A DNA stretch of 64,000 nucleotides, taken from an uncultured Holophaga sp. GTDB lineage: Bacteria; Acidobacteriota; Holophagae; Holophagales; Holophagaceae. The translations under genes and the position numbers were made by a program. Below the pieces are notes generated by a model. The model made no database searches. It worked only from the letters and a program-made list of their open reading frames with translations, and was not told where the DNA came from. The stretch is from contig OY761614.1 of the NCBI GenBank assembly GCA_963664825.1, positions 96,001 to 160,000 on the forward strand, written 5' to 3'. Shown here one piece after another: positions 27,634-37,366 of the stretch; position 1 is the first letter of the stretch; each line of letters begins with the position of its first letter.

Positions 27634-28512
27634 CTACCGCGTGCTCCAGTGCAGCTTCTGCTGGAGGACGCGAAAGAACGGCAGGGCGGGGTTCTGAAGC
27701 AGGATCAGGTCCGAGTCGGCCTTCCGCAGTTCCACCCGGTCCCCGGGCTGCAGGGGGTATTCGATCTGGCCATCCAGGGTGAGGTGGGCGTCTTCGGTGG
27801 CCCCGACGGTGATATTGACGTTCAGGGCACTGGGCACGACGGTGGGACGCAGGGTCAGGCTATGGGGGCAGATGGGGGAGATGACCCAGGCATCCAGGAG
27901 GGGATGGAGGATGGGGCCACCGGCGGAGAGGGAATAGGCCGTGGAACCCGTGGGGGTGGCGACGATGAGCCCATCGGCCTTGAGGGTGGCGGCATCGAAG
28001 CCATCGATCTGGAGGTGGAACTCCATGATCCGGGCCAGGGAGCCCTTGCTGAGCACGGCGTCGTTGAGCACGCACTGCCTGCCCACGACTTCCCCATGGC
28101 GGAGCAGCTCGGCCTTGAGCATGCTGCGGGTCTCCGGGACCAGGCCACCCTCGAAGTAGAGGCGCACGATTTCGGAGGCCTCTTCCACAGGGTGGGCGGT
28201 GAGGAATCCCAGGGAGCCCAGGTTGATGCCCAGGATGGGGGTGCCCCGTCCACTCATCTGCCGAGCGGCGCCCAGGAGCGTGCCATCGCCTCCCAGGACC
28301 AGGCACAGATCCGGGGCCTCTGCCCCGCCGAAGGTGGCGTCGACCTGGAAGCCCTCGACGGGAAGGCCCGCCTGCTGCCAGGCGGGCAGGATCCCGCCAT
28401 GGCCCAGGATCCTCCAACCCCGGTCCAGGAAGGAGGGCATCACCTCCCGGAGGGTAGAGGCGAGGCGTTCGGATTTGGTCTTGGCAACCAGAGCCAGGGT
28501 GGAGGACATCAC
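27634..28512 (-). CDS. nadK: NAD(+) kinase
   Basis: GGDGT, GINLGSLGFL, LND, ADGLIVATPTGSTAYSLSAGG. Confidence 0.95.
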   Translation of the reverse strand: MMSSTLALVAKTKSERLASTLREVMPSFLDRGWRILGHGGILPAWQQAGLPVEGFQVDATFGGAEAPDLCLVLGGDGTLLGAARQMSGRGTPILGINLGSLGFLTAHPVEEASEIVRLYFEGGLVPETRSMLKAELLRHGEVVGRQCVLNDAVLSKGSLARIMEFHLQIDGFDAATLKADGLIVATPTGSTAYSLSAGGPILHPLLDAWVISPICPHSLTLRPTVVPSALNVNITVGATEDAHLTLDGQIEYPLQPGDRVELRKADSDLILLQNPALPFFRVLQQKLHWSTR

Positions 28513-28532
28513 CCTAGGTTAACCTTGGAGTC

Positions 28533-30974
28533 ATGGCCACCAAAGTTTCCAGATCCCTGAAATCCTCCCTGCCCAAGGGGCGCCTCTGGCGATGGGCCTT
28601 CTGGGGCGGTCTGGCCTGCGCGGCGGCGAGCCTGGTGGCCTTCGCCATCGCCTGGTCGGTGCTGAGCCGGGACGCCGACGATTTCCTGGTGCTCTTCGCG
28701 AACCGATCCCCCAAGACGATCTCGAAGGTCTACGACCGCAACGGCGACATCATCGGCACCTTCTACGAGGAACGCCGGGTCCATATCCCGTACGGCGATA
28801 TCCCCCCGGCCTTCGTGAAGGCCATCGTCTCCACGGAGGATGCGGATTTCTGGAGCCACGGCGGCGTCTCGGCCCGGGGCTTCGTGAGGGCGGGTTGGCA
28901 TTTCCTCAGCAGCTTCGGAAGGCGGCGCGAGGGCGCGTCCACCCTCACGATGCAGCTGGTGCGTAACGTCACAGCCAAGCGCCAGAAGCGCCTGGACCGC
29001 AAGCTCAAGGAGATCATCCTGGCTCGCAAGCTGGAGAACGCCTACACCAAGAAGCAGATCCTGGAACAGTATGCCAACGAGGTCAATTTCGGGGGCGGGC
29101 GCTACGGCATCGAGGCCGCGGCCCAGTTCTACTTCGGCAAGAGCGCGCCCCAGCTCAATGTGGAGGAATGCGCGCTCCTGGCAGGCATGGTGCAGGCGCC
29201 CGAATACTTCCAGCGCTGCCTCTTCAGCACCGATCCCAAGGCCCGAGCCGTCGTCAAGAACCGGCGGAATATCGTCCTGCATCGCATGGTGGAAGAGGAT
29301 CACCTGAGGGAGGCCGATGCCCGAATGCTGATGGAACATCCCATCCGCCTGGCCCGGGAGAACGCCCAGGAGGAAGACATCGCCTCCTACGCCGTGGAGG
29401 AAGTGCGCAAGCACCTGTACGAGAAATATGGCCGGGACGCGGTGCTCACCGGCGGTCTCGAGGTCTACACCACCATCGACAGTCATTGGCAACAGGCCGC
29501 CAACGAGGCCATGCGCAGGGGCTTGAAGGCCGTGGACCGCAGGCGAGGCTTCCGCAAGGAGGCCCTCCAGTTCGTGGGTGAGCCCGAGAAGGCCACCCTG
29601 CCGGGCTGGAACCGCTTCTTCGAGAAGGAAGATAGCGTGCGCGGCATCATCCTGGGCTGGCAGGGCGATTCGGCCAGGGTGCGCATTGCCAAGACGACCC
29701 TGGATGTGCCCGGAAGCGCCTTCGCCTGGGCGGGCAAGGATATCCAGAAGCTCCTGCCCCGGGGCGCTTCGCCATTATTCTTGATCAAGGAGACCCAAGG
29801 GGACGGCACCCCCAGCAAGGTGGAGCTCGACCAGGAGCCGGACGTGCAGGGTGCCCTGCTGGCCGCGGACCCCGCCACCGGCGAGATCCGCGCCATGGTC
29901 GGCGGCTACGACTTCAACAAGAGCAAGTTCAACCGGACCTTCCAGGCCGAGCGCCAGGTGGGTTCCACCATGAAGGCCTTCGTCTACGGCTGCGCCTTCA
30001 CCCAGGGCAAGACCCCCGCCACCATGGTGCAGGACATCCCCACCCGCTTCACCTTCGACCACACCGTCTACGAACCCAAGAACTATGAACGGGAATTCTG
30101 GGGCCCGATCCCCATCTGGGAGGCCATCCGGGATTCCCGGAATATCCCGGCCGTGCGCACGCTGGAGGAAACGGGCATCGATAATGTCATCCAGTTCGCC
30201 CACCGATGCGGCGTGGGTGGGAATATCCGCCAGTACCCCAGCATGGCCCTGGGCGCTTCGGACCTGACCCTCAAGGACATGGTGAGGGGCTACGGCACCT
30301 TCGCCAATGGCGGGAAACAGGCGCCGCCGCTCTTCCTCATCAAGAAGATCGTGGACCGCAATGGCCGCGTGCTGGAGGCCTACGGCGGCAGCCCCGGCGA
30401 AGACGTGACCGATCCCATGAGCAACTTCCAGCTCATCCAGTGCCTCCAGGGCGTGGCCCAGCGCGGCACGGGAGCCCGCGCCAATGAGCTGGGATGGCCC
30501 ACGGCGGGCAAGACCGGCACCACCGACGACCATACCGACGCGTGGTACATCGGATTTTCCACCCACATCGTATGCGGCACCTGGGTGGGCCTGGACGCCA
30601 AGAAGACCATCTACCGGGGCGGGGCCGATGGCGGCCACGTGGCGCTTCCCATCTGGATCGATTTCATGAAGGTGGCCCTGCCCACCACGCCCAGGGAGGA
30701 TTTCCCCGTTCCCGAAGGCATGGAATGGGCCGAGATCGACCGCCTCACAGGGGCTGTGGCCACCAGCGCCACGGCTCCCGGTGACATGGTGCGTCTGGCC
30801 TTCAAGCCCGGCGCCATGCCCAAGGTCGCCAGCACCCCCGACCTGATCCAGACGGTCAAGGAAGCCCGGGCCAAGGCCGCGAGCCAGGGCGTCGAAAACC
30901 GCGCCTGGGGCGCGCCCCAGGTTTCAGCCAAGCCCGAAGAAGAAGGACAATCCGAAGACCCGAATGCCAAGTGA
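28533..30974 (+). CDS. mrcA: Class A penicillin-binding protein 1A
   Basis: GT51 EDADF..H.G, GASTLTMQL, RKLKE; transpeptidase STMK, SRN, KTG. Confidence 0.9.
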   Translation: MATKVSRSLKSSLPKGRLWRWAFWGGLACAAASLVAFAIAWSVLSRDADDFLVLFANRSPKTISKVYDRNGDIIGTFYEERRVHIPYGDIPPAFVKAIVSTEDADFWSHGGVSARGFVRAGWHFLSSFGRRREGASTLTMQLVRNVTAKRQKRLDRKLKEIILARKLENAYTKKQILEQYANEVNFGGGRYGIEAAAQFYFGKSAPQLNVEECALLAGMVQAPEYFQRCLFSTDPKARAVVKNRRNIVLHRMVEEDHLREADARMLMEHPIRLARENAQEEDIASYAVEEVRKHLYEKYGRDAVLTGGLEVYTTIDSHWQQAANEAMRRGLKAVDRRRGFRKEALQFVGEPEKATLPGWNRFFEKEDSVRGIILGWQGDSARVRIAKTTLDVPGSAFAWAGKDIQKLLPRGASPLFLIKETQGDGTPSKVELDQEPDVQGALLAADPATGEIRAMVGGYDFNKSKFNRTFQAERQVGSTMKAFVYGCAFTQGKTPATMVQDIPTRFTFDHTVYEPKNYEREFWGPIPIWEAIRDSRNIPAVRTLEETGIDNVIQFAHRCGVGGNIRQYPSMALGASDLTLKDMVRGYGTFANGGKQAPPLFLIKKIVDRNGRVLEAYGGSPGEDVTDPMSNFQLIQCLQGVAQRGTGARANELGWPTAGKTGTTDDHTDAWYIGFSTHIVCGTWVGLDAKKTIYRGGADGGHVALPIWIDFMKVALPTTPREDFPVPEGMEWAEIDRLTGAVATSATAPGDMVRLAFKPGAMPKVASTPDLIQTVKEARAKAASQGVENRAWGAPQVSAKPEEEGQSEDPNAK

Positions 30975-31274
30975 GCCTTGGACCATTCGGGACAGTGCAT
31001 GACGAAAACGTGAAGAAAGGCCGCCAACGCCACATCGCCGTAATATTACGCAGCGAGCATTGACGGCCCTTCGCGCGGACCGAACCTAGTGCAAACGATC
31101 TTTGGGACTCGAGTAAGGGAGCGGAAACCAGCCTAGGCCCGCGATCCCATACGGACGCACGGTTCCCCAAGGCTCGAAGCCCCAGGGAAACCGGCCGCGG
31201 ACGGTGCGCCCATGGACTTGCAGATTCCGGCGGCGCCTCGAACAGCCCAGGATCCTCATCCCCAGGAGGTCCCC

Positions 31275-32024
31275 ATGTCCGCCCAGGATCCAGCCTTCGG
31301 CCTGCCGCCCACCCTCACCCCCAACGCCGTCCTGGCCATGGCCCCTCCCGCGCCGCGGGCCCTGAGCCTCCTGGGAGCCTGCCTGGTCTACACCGTGTGC
31401 GGCGCGGCCCTCGTGCTCGCCCCGGTCCCCCGGACGTCCCCATCGGGACCCACCACCAAGCCTGAATTCTTCTCCGAGCCCTCCACCCCGGGCGTGGTCC
31501 CCTGCGTCGTCCAACTGAAGCCCCCGACGCCTCTCCCGGGCCAGGTGGCCGAGCACGCCCCCCGGCGGCCGGAGGGTTGGACACCCCCTGTGGATTCCGA
31601 TGTGGTGCCCACCACCGCCACCACGCTGCCCACCCGGGATGGCAGCCGGGATAGCCTTCGCGCCCCCACACCCGAGGATGCCCTGCGGCCCACAACGTCC
31701 GCCCCGCGAGGAACCCTTGGCACCATCGCCCCACCCGCCGCGATGGTGGAATTCGACTTCCAGCAGATGCGGGTCCTCCAAGCCGTGAATCCCGTCTATC
31801 CCCCCATGGCCAGGCTGGCCAGGATCCAAGGCGAGGTGGTGCTCCTGATGGCCGTCGATCCCCGGGGCGTCCCCACGGAAGTCAGGGCCCTCTCGGGGCC
31901 CCACCCCTCCCTGGAACAGGAGGCCATGCGCGTGGCGCGGCTCTGGCGCTTCGAACCCGCCACCCTCAACGGACAGCCCGTGTCCGCCCAGTTCAGGCTC
32001 ACCATCCAGTTCCGGCTCAAATAG
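31275..32024 (+). CDS. Energy transducer TonB family protein
   Basis: AGGAGGT RBS, TM helix, Pro-rich linker, TonB-C (PVYPPMARLARIQGEV...WRFEPATLNGQPV). Confidence 0.85.
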   Translation: MSAQDPAFGLPPTLTPNAVLAMAPPAPRALSLLGACLVYTVCGAALVLAPVPRTSPSGPTTKPEFFSEPSTPGVVPCVVQLKPPTPLPGQVAEHAPRRPEGWTPPVDSDVVPTTATTLPTRDGSRDSLRAPTPEDALRPTTSAPRGTLGTIAPPAAMVEFDFQQMRVLQAVNPVYPPMARLARIQGEVVLLMAVDPRGVPTEVRALSGPHPSLEQEAMRVARLWRFEPATLNGQPVSAQFRLTIQFRLK

Positions 32025-32102
32025 AACCCTTGGCAGCCAGTCCAGAGGAAGGGGGCCCTTGGAAGATGGTCCCCTTGCCCTGGATGGGTTAGGCTTCTGC
32101 CT

Positions 32103-33275
32103 ATGGAAAAAGGACGCCCCGTCGTGGTCACGGGTCAGCAGATCGGCGTGGGGTGGACCCCCGCGCTTTCTGTCGTCAAGGCCCTGGCCGCGCTTTCCCT
32201 TGCGAAAAGGCTGGGGGGCGAGGCCATCTACTGGCTCGCCGACGAGGACCATGATCGCCTGGAGGTGGCCTCTACGGTCATCTTCCAGGAGGATCGCCTG
32301 CTGCGGAGGCGCATCCCCTTCGTGGCCCCGGAGGGCACGGCTGCGGGCTGGCTGCCCTGGACTGCGGCCCATCAGCAGGAGGTCGAAAGCTACTGGGGCC
32401 CCCTGCCCCGCCCGGATCGGCCCACCCTGCGGGGTCATGTGCTCGCCCTGGGGAAACCGCTCTGGCGCAGGGGCCTGCGTTTCTTCTCACCCACCGACAG
32501 AACCCTCCGGGATGCCATCCAGCCTGAACTGACGCGCTGGCGGGCCCTCGACCTGGAGGCCCACCTGCTACGACAGGCCCAACGCCTGGAAGCCGAAGGG
32601 GTCGCGCTCCCCTTGGATCCCCGGGAACAGGCCGCCTGGTTCAGCCTGGACCCGGCCACGGGCCTGCGGAGGCGGCTCGAGAGGGGGGCGCCCTGTCCCG
32701 CCGGAGCCTGGCTCAGCCCCGGCGCCGCCCTGCGCCCCCTGATGCAGTCCCTACTCCTCCCCGCCACCCACGCGGTCCTGGGCCCCGCCGAGCGCGCCTA
32801 CTGGCGCCTCACGGAACCCCTCTGGAACCTGGTGGGGCTCAACCCTCCGGAGATCGTCCCCCGCCCCAGCGCCTTCGTATTGCCCAGGGGCCTGGCCCTG
32901 GCCCCCAGCCAGCTGGAGGCCCTGCGGGCGGGCTACTGGGAGGCCTTTCTCCCCGACCATCCCCCCCTTCCCAGCCAGACCCTCGGCGCCCAGCCCGATC
33001 CCGCCTGGGGGCCGACCCTGGGCCACCGCTTCCGCCAGGAACTGGCCCGCACCCGCCAGCGCCTGCTCAAGCTGGATCGGCGCCTGTACCGGGACCATGT
33101 GGCAAAAATCCTGGGGGAAGACCCCGAACGCCTTCGCCAGAGGCTCTTCCCCTTCGGCAGGCCCCAGGAGCGGGTCCTCCCCGGCGCCCTCTGGCTCAAG
33201 GATGAGGCCCTTCTGGATCGCCTGCTGGAGGCGCTGGGCTCGGGAAGCCCGCTGGTGCTGGTGGAGGAGACATGA
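32103..33275 (+). CDS. bshC: Bacillithiol biosynthesis cysteine-adding enzyme, short form
   Basis: VVTGQQ, YWLADEDHD, SPGAALRPLMQ..LLP...LGPAERAYW, PQERV; coupled to bshB1. Confidence 0.75.
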   Translation: MEKGRPVVVTGQQIGVGWTPALSVVKALAALSLAKRLGGEAIYWLADEDHDRLEVASTVIFQEDRLLRRRIPFVAPEGTAAGWLPWTAAHQQEVESYWGPLPRPDRPTLRGHVLALGKPLWRRGLRFFSPTDRTLRDAIQPELTRWRALDLEAHLLRQAQRLEAEGVALPLDPREQAAWFSLDPATGLRRRLERGAPCPAGAWLSPGAALRPLMQSLLLPATHAVLGPAERAYWRLTEPLWNLVGLNPPEIVPRPSAFVLPRGLALAPSQLEALRAGYWEAFLPDHPPLPSQTLGAQPDPAWGPTLGHRFRQELARTRQRLLKLDRRLYRDHVAKILGEDPERLRQRLFPFGRPQERVLPGALWLKDEALLDRLLEALGSGSPLVLVEET

Positions 33276-33991
33276 CCGAGAAACTGGATCTGCTGGTCCT
33301 GGGCGCCCATCCCGACGACGCCGAAGTGCATGTGGGGGGCATCCTGGCCCTTTGCGCCAAGCGCGGCCTGAGGGCGGCCATCCTGGACGCCACCGGCGGG
33401 GACCTGGGCACACGGGGCACCCTTGAGACCCGGGAGCTTGAGGCCCGGGAGGCCGCGCGCATCCTGGGCGTGGACCGGATCATCCTGGATTTCCCGGACG
33501 CCCGCTTCGACGAATCCGAAGGCTTCCGGGTCAAGCTCATGGAAGTGCTGCGCCGCACCCGCCCCGAGGTGCTGGTGCTGCCCCATCCCGAGGACCAACA
33601 CCCCGATCACCGCCGGATCTTCCGCCTGGGGCGGGAGGCCGCCTACTACGCGGGTCTGAAGAACTTCCCCTGTGCAGGGGAACCCTGGCGCCCCAAGGCC
33701 CTGGCCTGGGTGGGGGGCATCAATCCCCCCACGGCCCCGGATCTGGTGGTGGATGTGAGCGAGGTCTGGGAGAGGCGCATGGCGGCCTTCGACGCCTTCG
33801 GCAGCCAATTCGGCAAGGGGGAAGGTCAACCCTGGACGCGCATCGCCCACCCCAGTTTCCGCGCCGGCATCCTCGGCCGGGCCATGCACTGGGGCAGCCT
33901 CATCCTGGCCGAACGAGCCGAGGGGCTCTGGTGCGAGAAGCCCGTGCCCCAGGCCCTGCTGAGGCTCATCCAGAGCCTGAACCCGAGCTGA
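33272..33991 (+). CDS. bshB1: Bacillithiol biosynthesis deacetylase (PIG-L family)
   Basis: GAHPDDAE, GDLGTRG, HPDH, YYAGL, SQF. Confidence 0.8.
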   Translation: MTEKLDLLVLGAHPDDAEVHVGGILALCAKRGLRAAILDATGGDLGTRGTLETRELEAREAARILGVDRIILDFPDARFDESEGFRVKLMEVLRRTRPEVLVLPHPEDQHPDHRRIFRLGREAAYYAGLKNFPCAGEPWRPKALAWVGGINPPTAPDLVVDVSEVWERRMAAFDAFGSQFGKGEGQPWTRIAHPSFRAGILGRAMHWGSLILAERAEGLWCEKPVPQALLRLIQSLNPS

Positions 33992-34049
33992 AGCCTCCAT
34001 TCCAATCGCGGGAAAGCCCTGGGGGTTATTCCCCTGGTACTCTTGGTCC

Positions 34050-35924
34050 ATGGGTCTAGAACTGCTCGCCCCCGCACGAAACGCCGATCAGGGAATCCTC
34101 GCGCTGCGCTGCGGGGCCGACGCGGTCTACATGGGTGGAGCCCGCTTCGGCGCCCGGCAGGCCGCCGGGAACGCGATTAAGGACTTTGAAAGGCTCAGTT
34201 CGGAGGCCAGGCTCTGGGGCGCGAAGGTGCATGCGACCCTCAACACCCTGCTCTTCGATGGCGAACTGGAGGACGCTCGGCTCCAAGCTTGGGAACTGTA
34301 CGAGGCCGGTGTCGACGCCCTCATCATCCAGGACATGGCCTACCTGGAGCTGGATCTCCCGCCGCTGCCCCTGCATGCCAGCACCCAGGCGGCCTGCGAT
34401 AGCCCCGAGAAGGTGGCCTTCCTCGCCAGCGCGGGCTTCAGCCGGGCCATCCTCGCCCGGGAGCTGAGCCTGACTGAGATCCGGGCCATTCACGAGGCCA
34501 CAGACGTCGAACTGGAGGCCTTCGTCTTCGGGGCCCTCTGCGTGGGGGAAAGCGGACACTGCTACCTGAGCGGCGCCATCTGCGGGCGCAGCGGCAACCG
34601 GGGCGAATGCGCCCAGCCCTGCCGCGCCCCCTGGAGCCTGGTGGACGGGTCCGGCCGCATGCTCCTGCGGGACAAGCATCTCCTGAGCATCCGGGATCTG
34701 GACCTCTCCGGCCATCTGGAAGAGCTGGCGGATTCAGGCATCCGGAGCTTCAAGATCGAGGGCCGCCTCAAGGACGGGGATTACGTCAAGAACGTGGTCA
34801 GCCATCTGCGGAGTCGGCTCGACGCGCTCCTGGAGAAGCGTCCCGAGCTGGGGAGAGCCTCCCTGGGGCGCGTGAGCCGCGCCTTCGAACCCGATCCCTC
34901 CAGGACCTTCAACCGGGGCCTCTCCACCTACCGCCTCCAGGGGGAGCGCCAGCCCATGGGCACCCCCGAAGGAGCCAAGCACCTGGGCGAATTCGTCGGC
35001 GAGGTGCGCTCCATCCAAAGGGATCGGCTGGTGCTGGAGACGGCCGTGGAACTCCATCCCGGGGATGGCCTGGCCTTCGTGGATGGGGCCGAGGTGAGCG
35101 GCACGGTGGTCAATGCCGTGGAGACAGGGCGACCGAAGCCAAACCCGCAACGACCGGGCCATGCCCTGCGCCCGGTCTTCGTGCAGAACCCCTCCCGCAT
35201 TCAGCCGGGCACGCGCCTTCACCGCAACCTGGACCTCCGCTGGCTCAAGGCCTTGCGAAGCGCGAAAGTGGAGCGCCGGATCCCGGTGAAGGCCCTCCTG
35301 GACTTCCCAGAAGGGGCCGTGCGCCTGCGCCTGGAGGATGAGACAGGCCTCGGGGCCCAATCCCAGATCCCGGGTCCCTTCGCTTCCCCCAAGGAGCCTG
35401 AAGCCGCGCAGCAGGCCATCGGGGAAGCCCTCCGCCGCCTGGGGAATACGCCCTTCGCCTTGGCTGAGCTGGAGGTGGCCGAACCTCGCTTCGTGCCCGC
35501 CAGCGCCCTCAATGCCCTGCGCCGGGAGGCCGCGGCGTCCCTGGAGGCCCAGCGCCGGATGCCGAAGGAAAAATCGCGTCGGCCGGACTCCCCCCGGCCC
35601 TGCCCCCTGCCAACGCGGGAGCTGGACTTCACCTGGAATATCGCCAACCAGGCCGCCCGCGCCTTCTACGAACGCCTGGGCGCGCAGGTCCTGGAAGAGG
35701 CCGCCGAGCTGCAGCCGAGTCTCCAGGGCCGGGTGGTGATGACCACCCGCCACTGCCTGCGCTTCGAGCTGGGCTGGTGCCGCGTCCACACCAACCCGGA
35801 TCCCTGGGTGCGCCTCCAGGAGCCTTCGAGCCCCCTCTTCCTGGAAAACGGGCCCACCCGCCTGGAATGCCGCTTCGATTGCGCCCTGTGCCGCATGGAA
35901 CTACTCCTCCGGGAGCGGAGATGA
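34050..35924 (+). CDS. rlhA: U32-family Fe-S protein, RlhA/YdcP-like (DUF3656-type C-terminus)
   Basis: GADAVYMG, HASTQ, ARELS, C-x6-C-x15-C-x3-C (LCVGESGHC...NRGECAQPCR), FKIEGRLK, C-terminal MTTRHC...FDC. Confidence 0.75.
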   Translation: MGLELLAPARNADQGILALRCGADAVYMGGARFGARQAAGNAIKDFERLSSEARLWGAKVHATLNTLLFDGELEDARLQAWELYEAGVDALIIQDMAYLELDLPPLPLHASTQAACDSPEKVAFLASAGFSRAILARELSLTEIRAIHEATDVELEAFVFGALCVGESGHCYLSGAICGRSGNRGECAQPCRAPWSLVDGSGRMLLRDKHLLSIRDLDLSGHLEELADSGIRSFKIEGRLKDGDYVKNVVSHLRSRLDALLEKRPELGRASLGRVSRAFEPDPSRTFNRGLSTYRLQGERQPMGTPEGAKHLGEFVGEVRSIQRDRLVLETAVELHPGDGLAFVDGAEVSGTVVNAVETGRPKPNPQRPGHALRPVFVQNPSRIQPGTRLHRNLDLRWLKALRSAKVERRIPVKALLDFPEGAVRLRLEDETGLGAQSQIPGPFASPKEPEAAQQAIGEALRRLGNTPFALAELEVAEPRFVPASALNALRREAAASLEAQRRMPKEKSRRPDSPRPCPLPTRELDFTWNIANQAARAFYERLGAQVLEEAAELQPSLQGRVVMTTRHCLRFELGWCRVHTNPDPWVRLQEPSSPLFLENGPTRLECRFDCALCRMELLLRERR

Positions 35925-37210
35925 GGGGACCCTGGGATGTGGTGGTGATCGGCGCGGGGCCCGCCGGGCTGCTGGCGGCGGGGCGCGCCGCCATGCTGGG
36001 GGCCCGGGTCCTGCTCCTGGAGAAGATGGAAAAGCCCGGCCGCAAGCTGCGGATCACGGGCAAGGGAAGGGGCAATATCACCAACATGAGGACCCTGGAG
36101 GAGCACCTTCAGGAGATCCACCCGGAGCCGAGATTCCTCCGCCAGGCCTTCCAGGCCTTCTTCAATGGCGATCTGATCGAGCTGCTGCGGGCCCAAGGGG
36201 TCGAGACCAAGACGGAGCGGGGCGACCGGGTCTTCCCGGTGAGCGACCGGGCCTGGGATGTGGCGGAGGCCCTGGTGGCCTGGGCGAGGCAGCAGGGCGT
36301 CGATATTCTCCATCACGCCAAGGTCGAGAGCCTGACCCTCCAGGAGGGGGCCTTCACGGGCCTCCTGTGCACACGCACGCCCTCGGGGCGGGTGGAGAGC
36401 ATCGAGGCTGGGTGCTGCATCCTGGCCACGGGGGGTCAGTCCTATCCCGCCACGGGTTCCACCGGGGACGGCTACCGCTGGGCCCAGGCCACAGGGCATC
36501 GGGTCACAGCCCTCCGGCCCTCCCTGGTGGGGATCGCAACCCGTCCTGCCTTTGGGGGCGCCCGGGGCTTGAGCCTCAAGAATGTGCAGCTGAGCCTCTG
36601 GATCGACGGCAAGAAGAAGGAGAGCGAATTCGGAGAGGCCGAATTCACCTCCCAGGGCCTGGGCGGCCCCATCGTCCTCAGGCTCAGCCGCCAGATCGTC
36701 GAGGCCAAGGCCGCAGGCCGGAAGGTGGAAGTGACCCTGGACCTGAAACCGGCCCTGGGTGCCCAGAAGCTGGAGGCCAGATTGCTCCGGGATCTCGAGG
36801 CCCATCGGGGCGACACCTGTCGGAATCTGCTGAAGCAGCTCCTGCCAGCCCAGCTCGTCGATGTGTTCCTCCGTGCCCTCGCCCTGGGACCGGCCGGATC
36901 CGCATCGCAGATCAAGGGCCCAAAGCTCAAGCAGCTGCAGGACCTCCTCAAGGAGCTGCGCTTCGAGGTGACCGGCCACGGGAGCTGGGAGGAGGCCATC
37001 GTGACGGCCGGGGGCGTCTCCCTCAAGGACATCGACCCCCGGACCATGGCCTCGAAAAAAATCGAGAACCTCTATTTCGCCGGCGAGGTCATAGATTTGG
37101 ACGCGAGCACGGGGGGCTACAACCTCCAGATCGCCTTCTCCACGGGCTGGCTGGCGGGGGAATCCGCCGCGCGGCAAGCGGCTCTGCCCGCACCTGCGCC
37201 GGGAGTGTGA
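35921..37210 (+). CDS. HI0933/BaiN/YhiN-family flavoprotein
   Basis: GAGPAG, GRKLRITGKGR.N.TN, RVFP, ATGGQSYPATGSTGDG, VTAGGV, GGYNLQ.A.STG; ATG overlaps the U32 stop. Confidence 0.88.
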   Translation: MRGPWDVVVIGAGPAGLLAAGRAAMLGARVLLLEKMEKPGRKLRITGKGRGNITNMRTLEEHLQEIHPEPRFLRQAFQAFFNGDLIELLRAQGVETKTERGDRVFPVSDRAWDVAEALVAWARQQGVDILHHAKVESLTLQEGAFTGLLCTRTPSGRVESIEAGCCILATGGQSYPATGSTGDGYRWAQATGHRVTALRPSLVGIATRPAFGGARGLSLKNVQLSLWIDGKKKESEFGEAEFTSQGLGGPIVLRLSRQIVEAKAAGRKVEVTLDLKPALGAQKLEARLLRDLEAHRGDTCRNLLKQLLPAQLVDVFLRALALGPAGSASQIKGPKLKQLQDLLKELRFEVTGHGSWEEAIVTAGGVSLKDIDPRTMASKKIENLYFAGEVIDLDASTGGYNLQIAFSTGWLAGESAARQAALPAPAPGV

Positions 37211-37223
37211 TGGCTTGCTCATA

Positions 37224-37364
37224 CTAAGTTGCGTTCAAAAGAAGAGGAATGAAGTCCAGGCGATCAAAGTCGCTCTGCTCTGGAATGGGCCCTATGGGCC
37301 GATTCCAGAGCTGCCGCTCTACGCAATCTGCTAACGCAGATCGCTATCCTTGATCGCACCCTAG
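37224..37364. mobile_element. MITE-like element (141 bp) with imperfect terminal IRs and flanking TA
   Basis: TA|CTAAGTTGCGTTCAA...TTGATCGCACCCTAG|TA; internal hairpins GCTCTGGAAT..ATTCCAGAGC and ATCTGC..GCAGAT. Confidence 0.6.
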
Positions 37365-37366
37365 TA

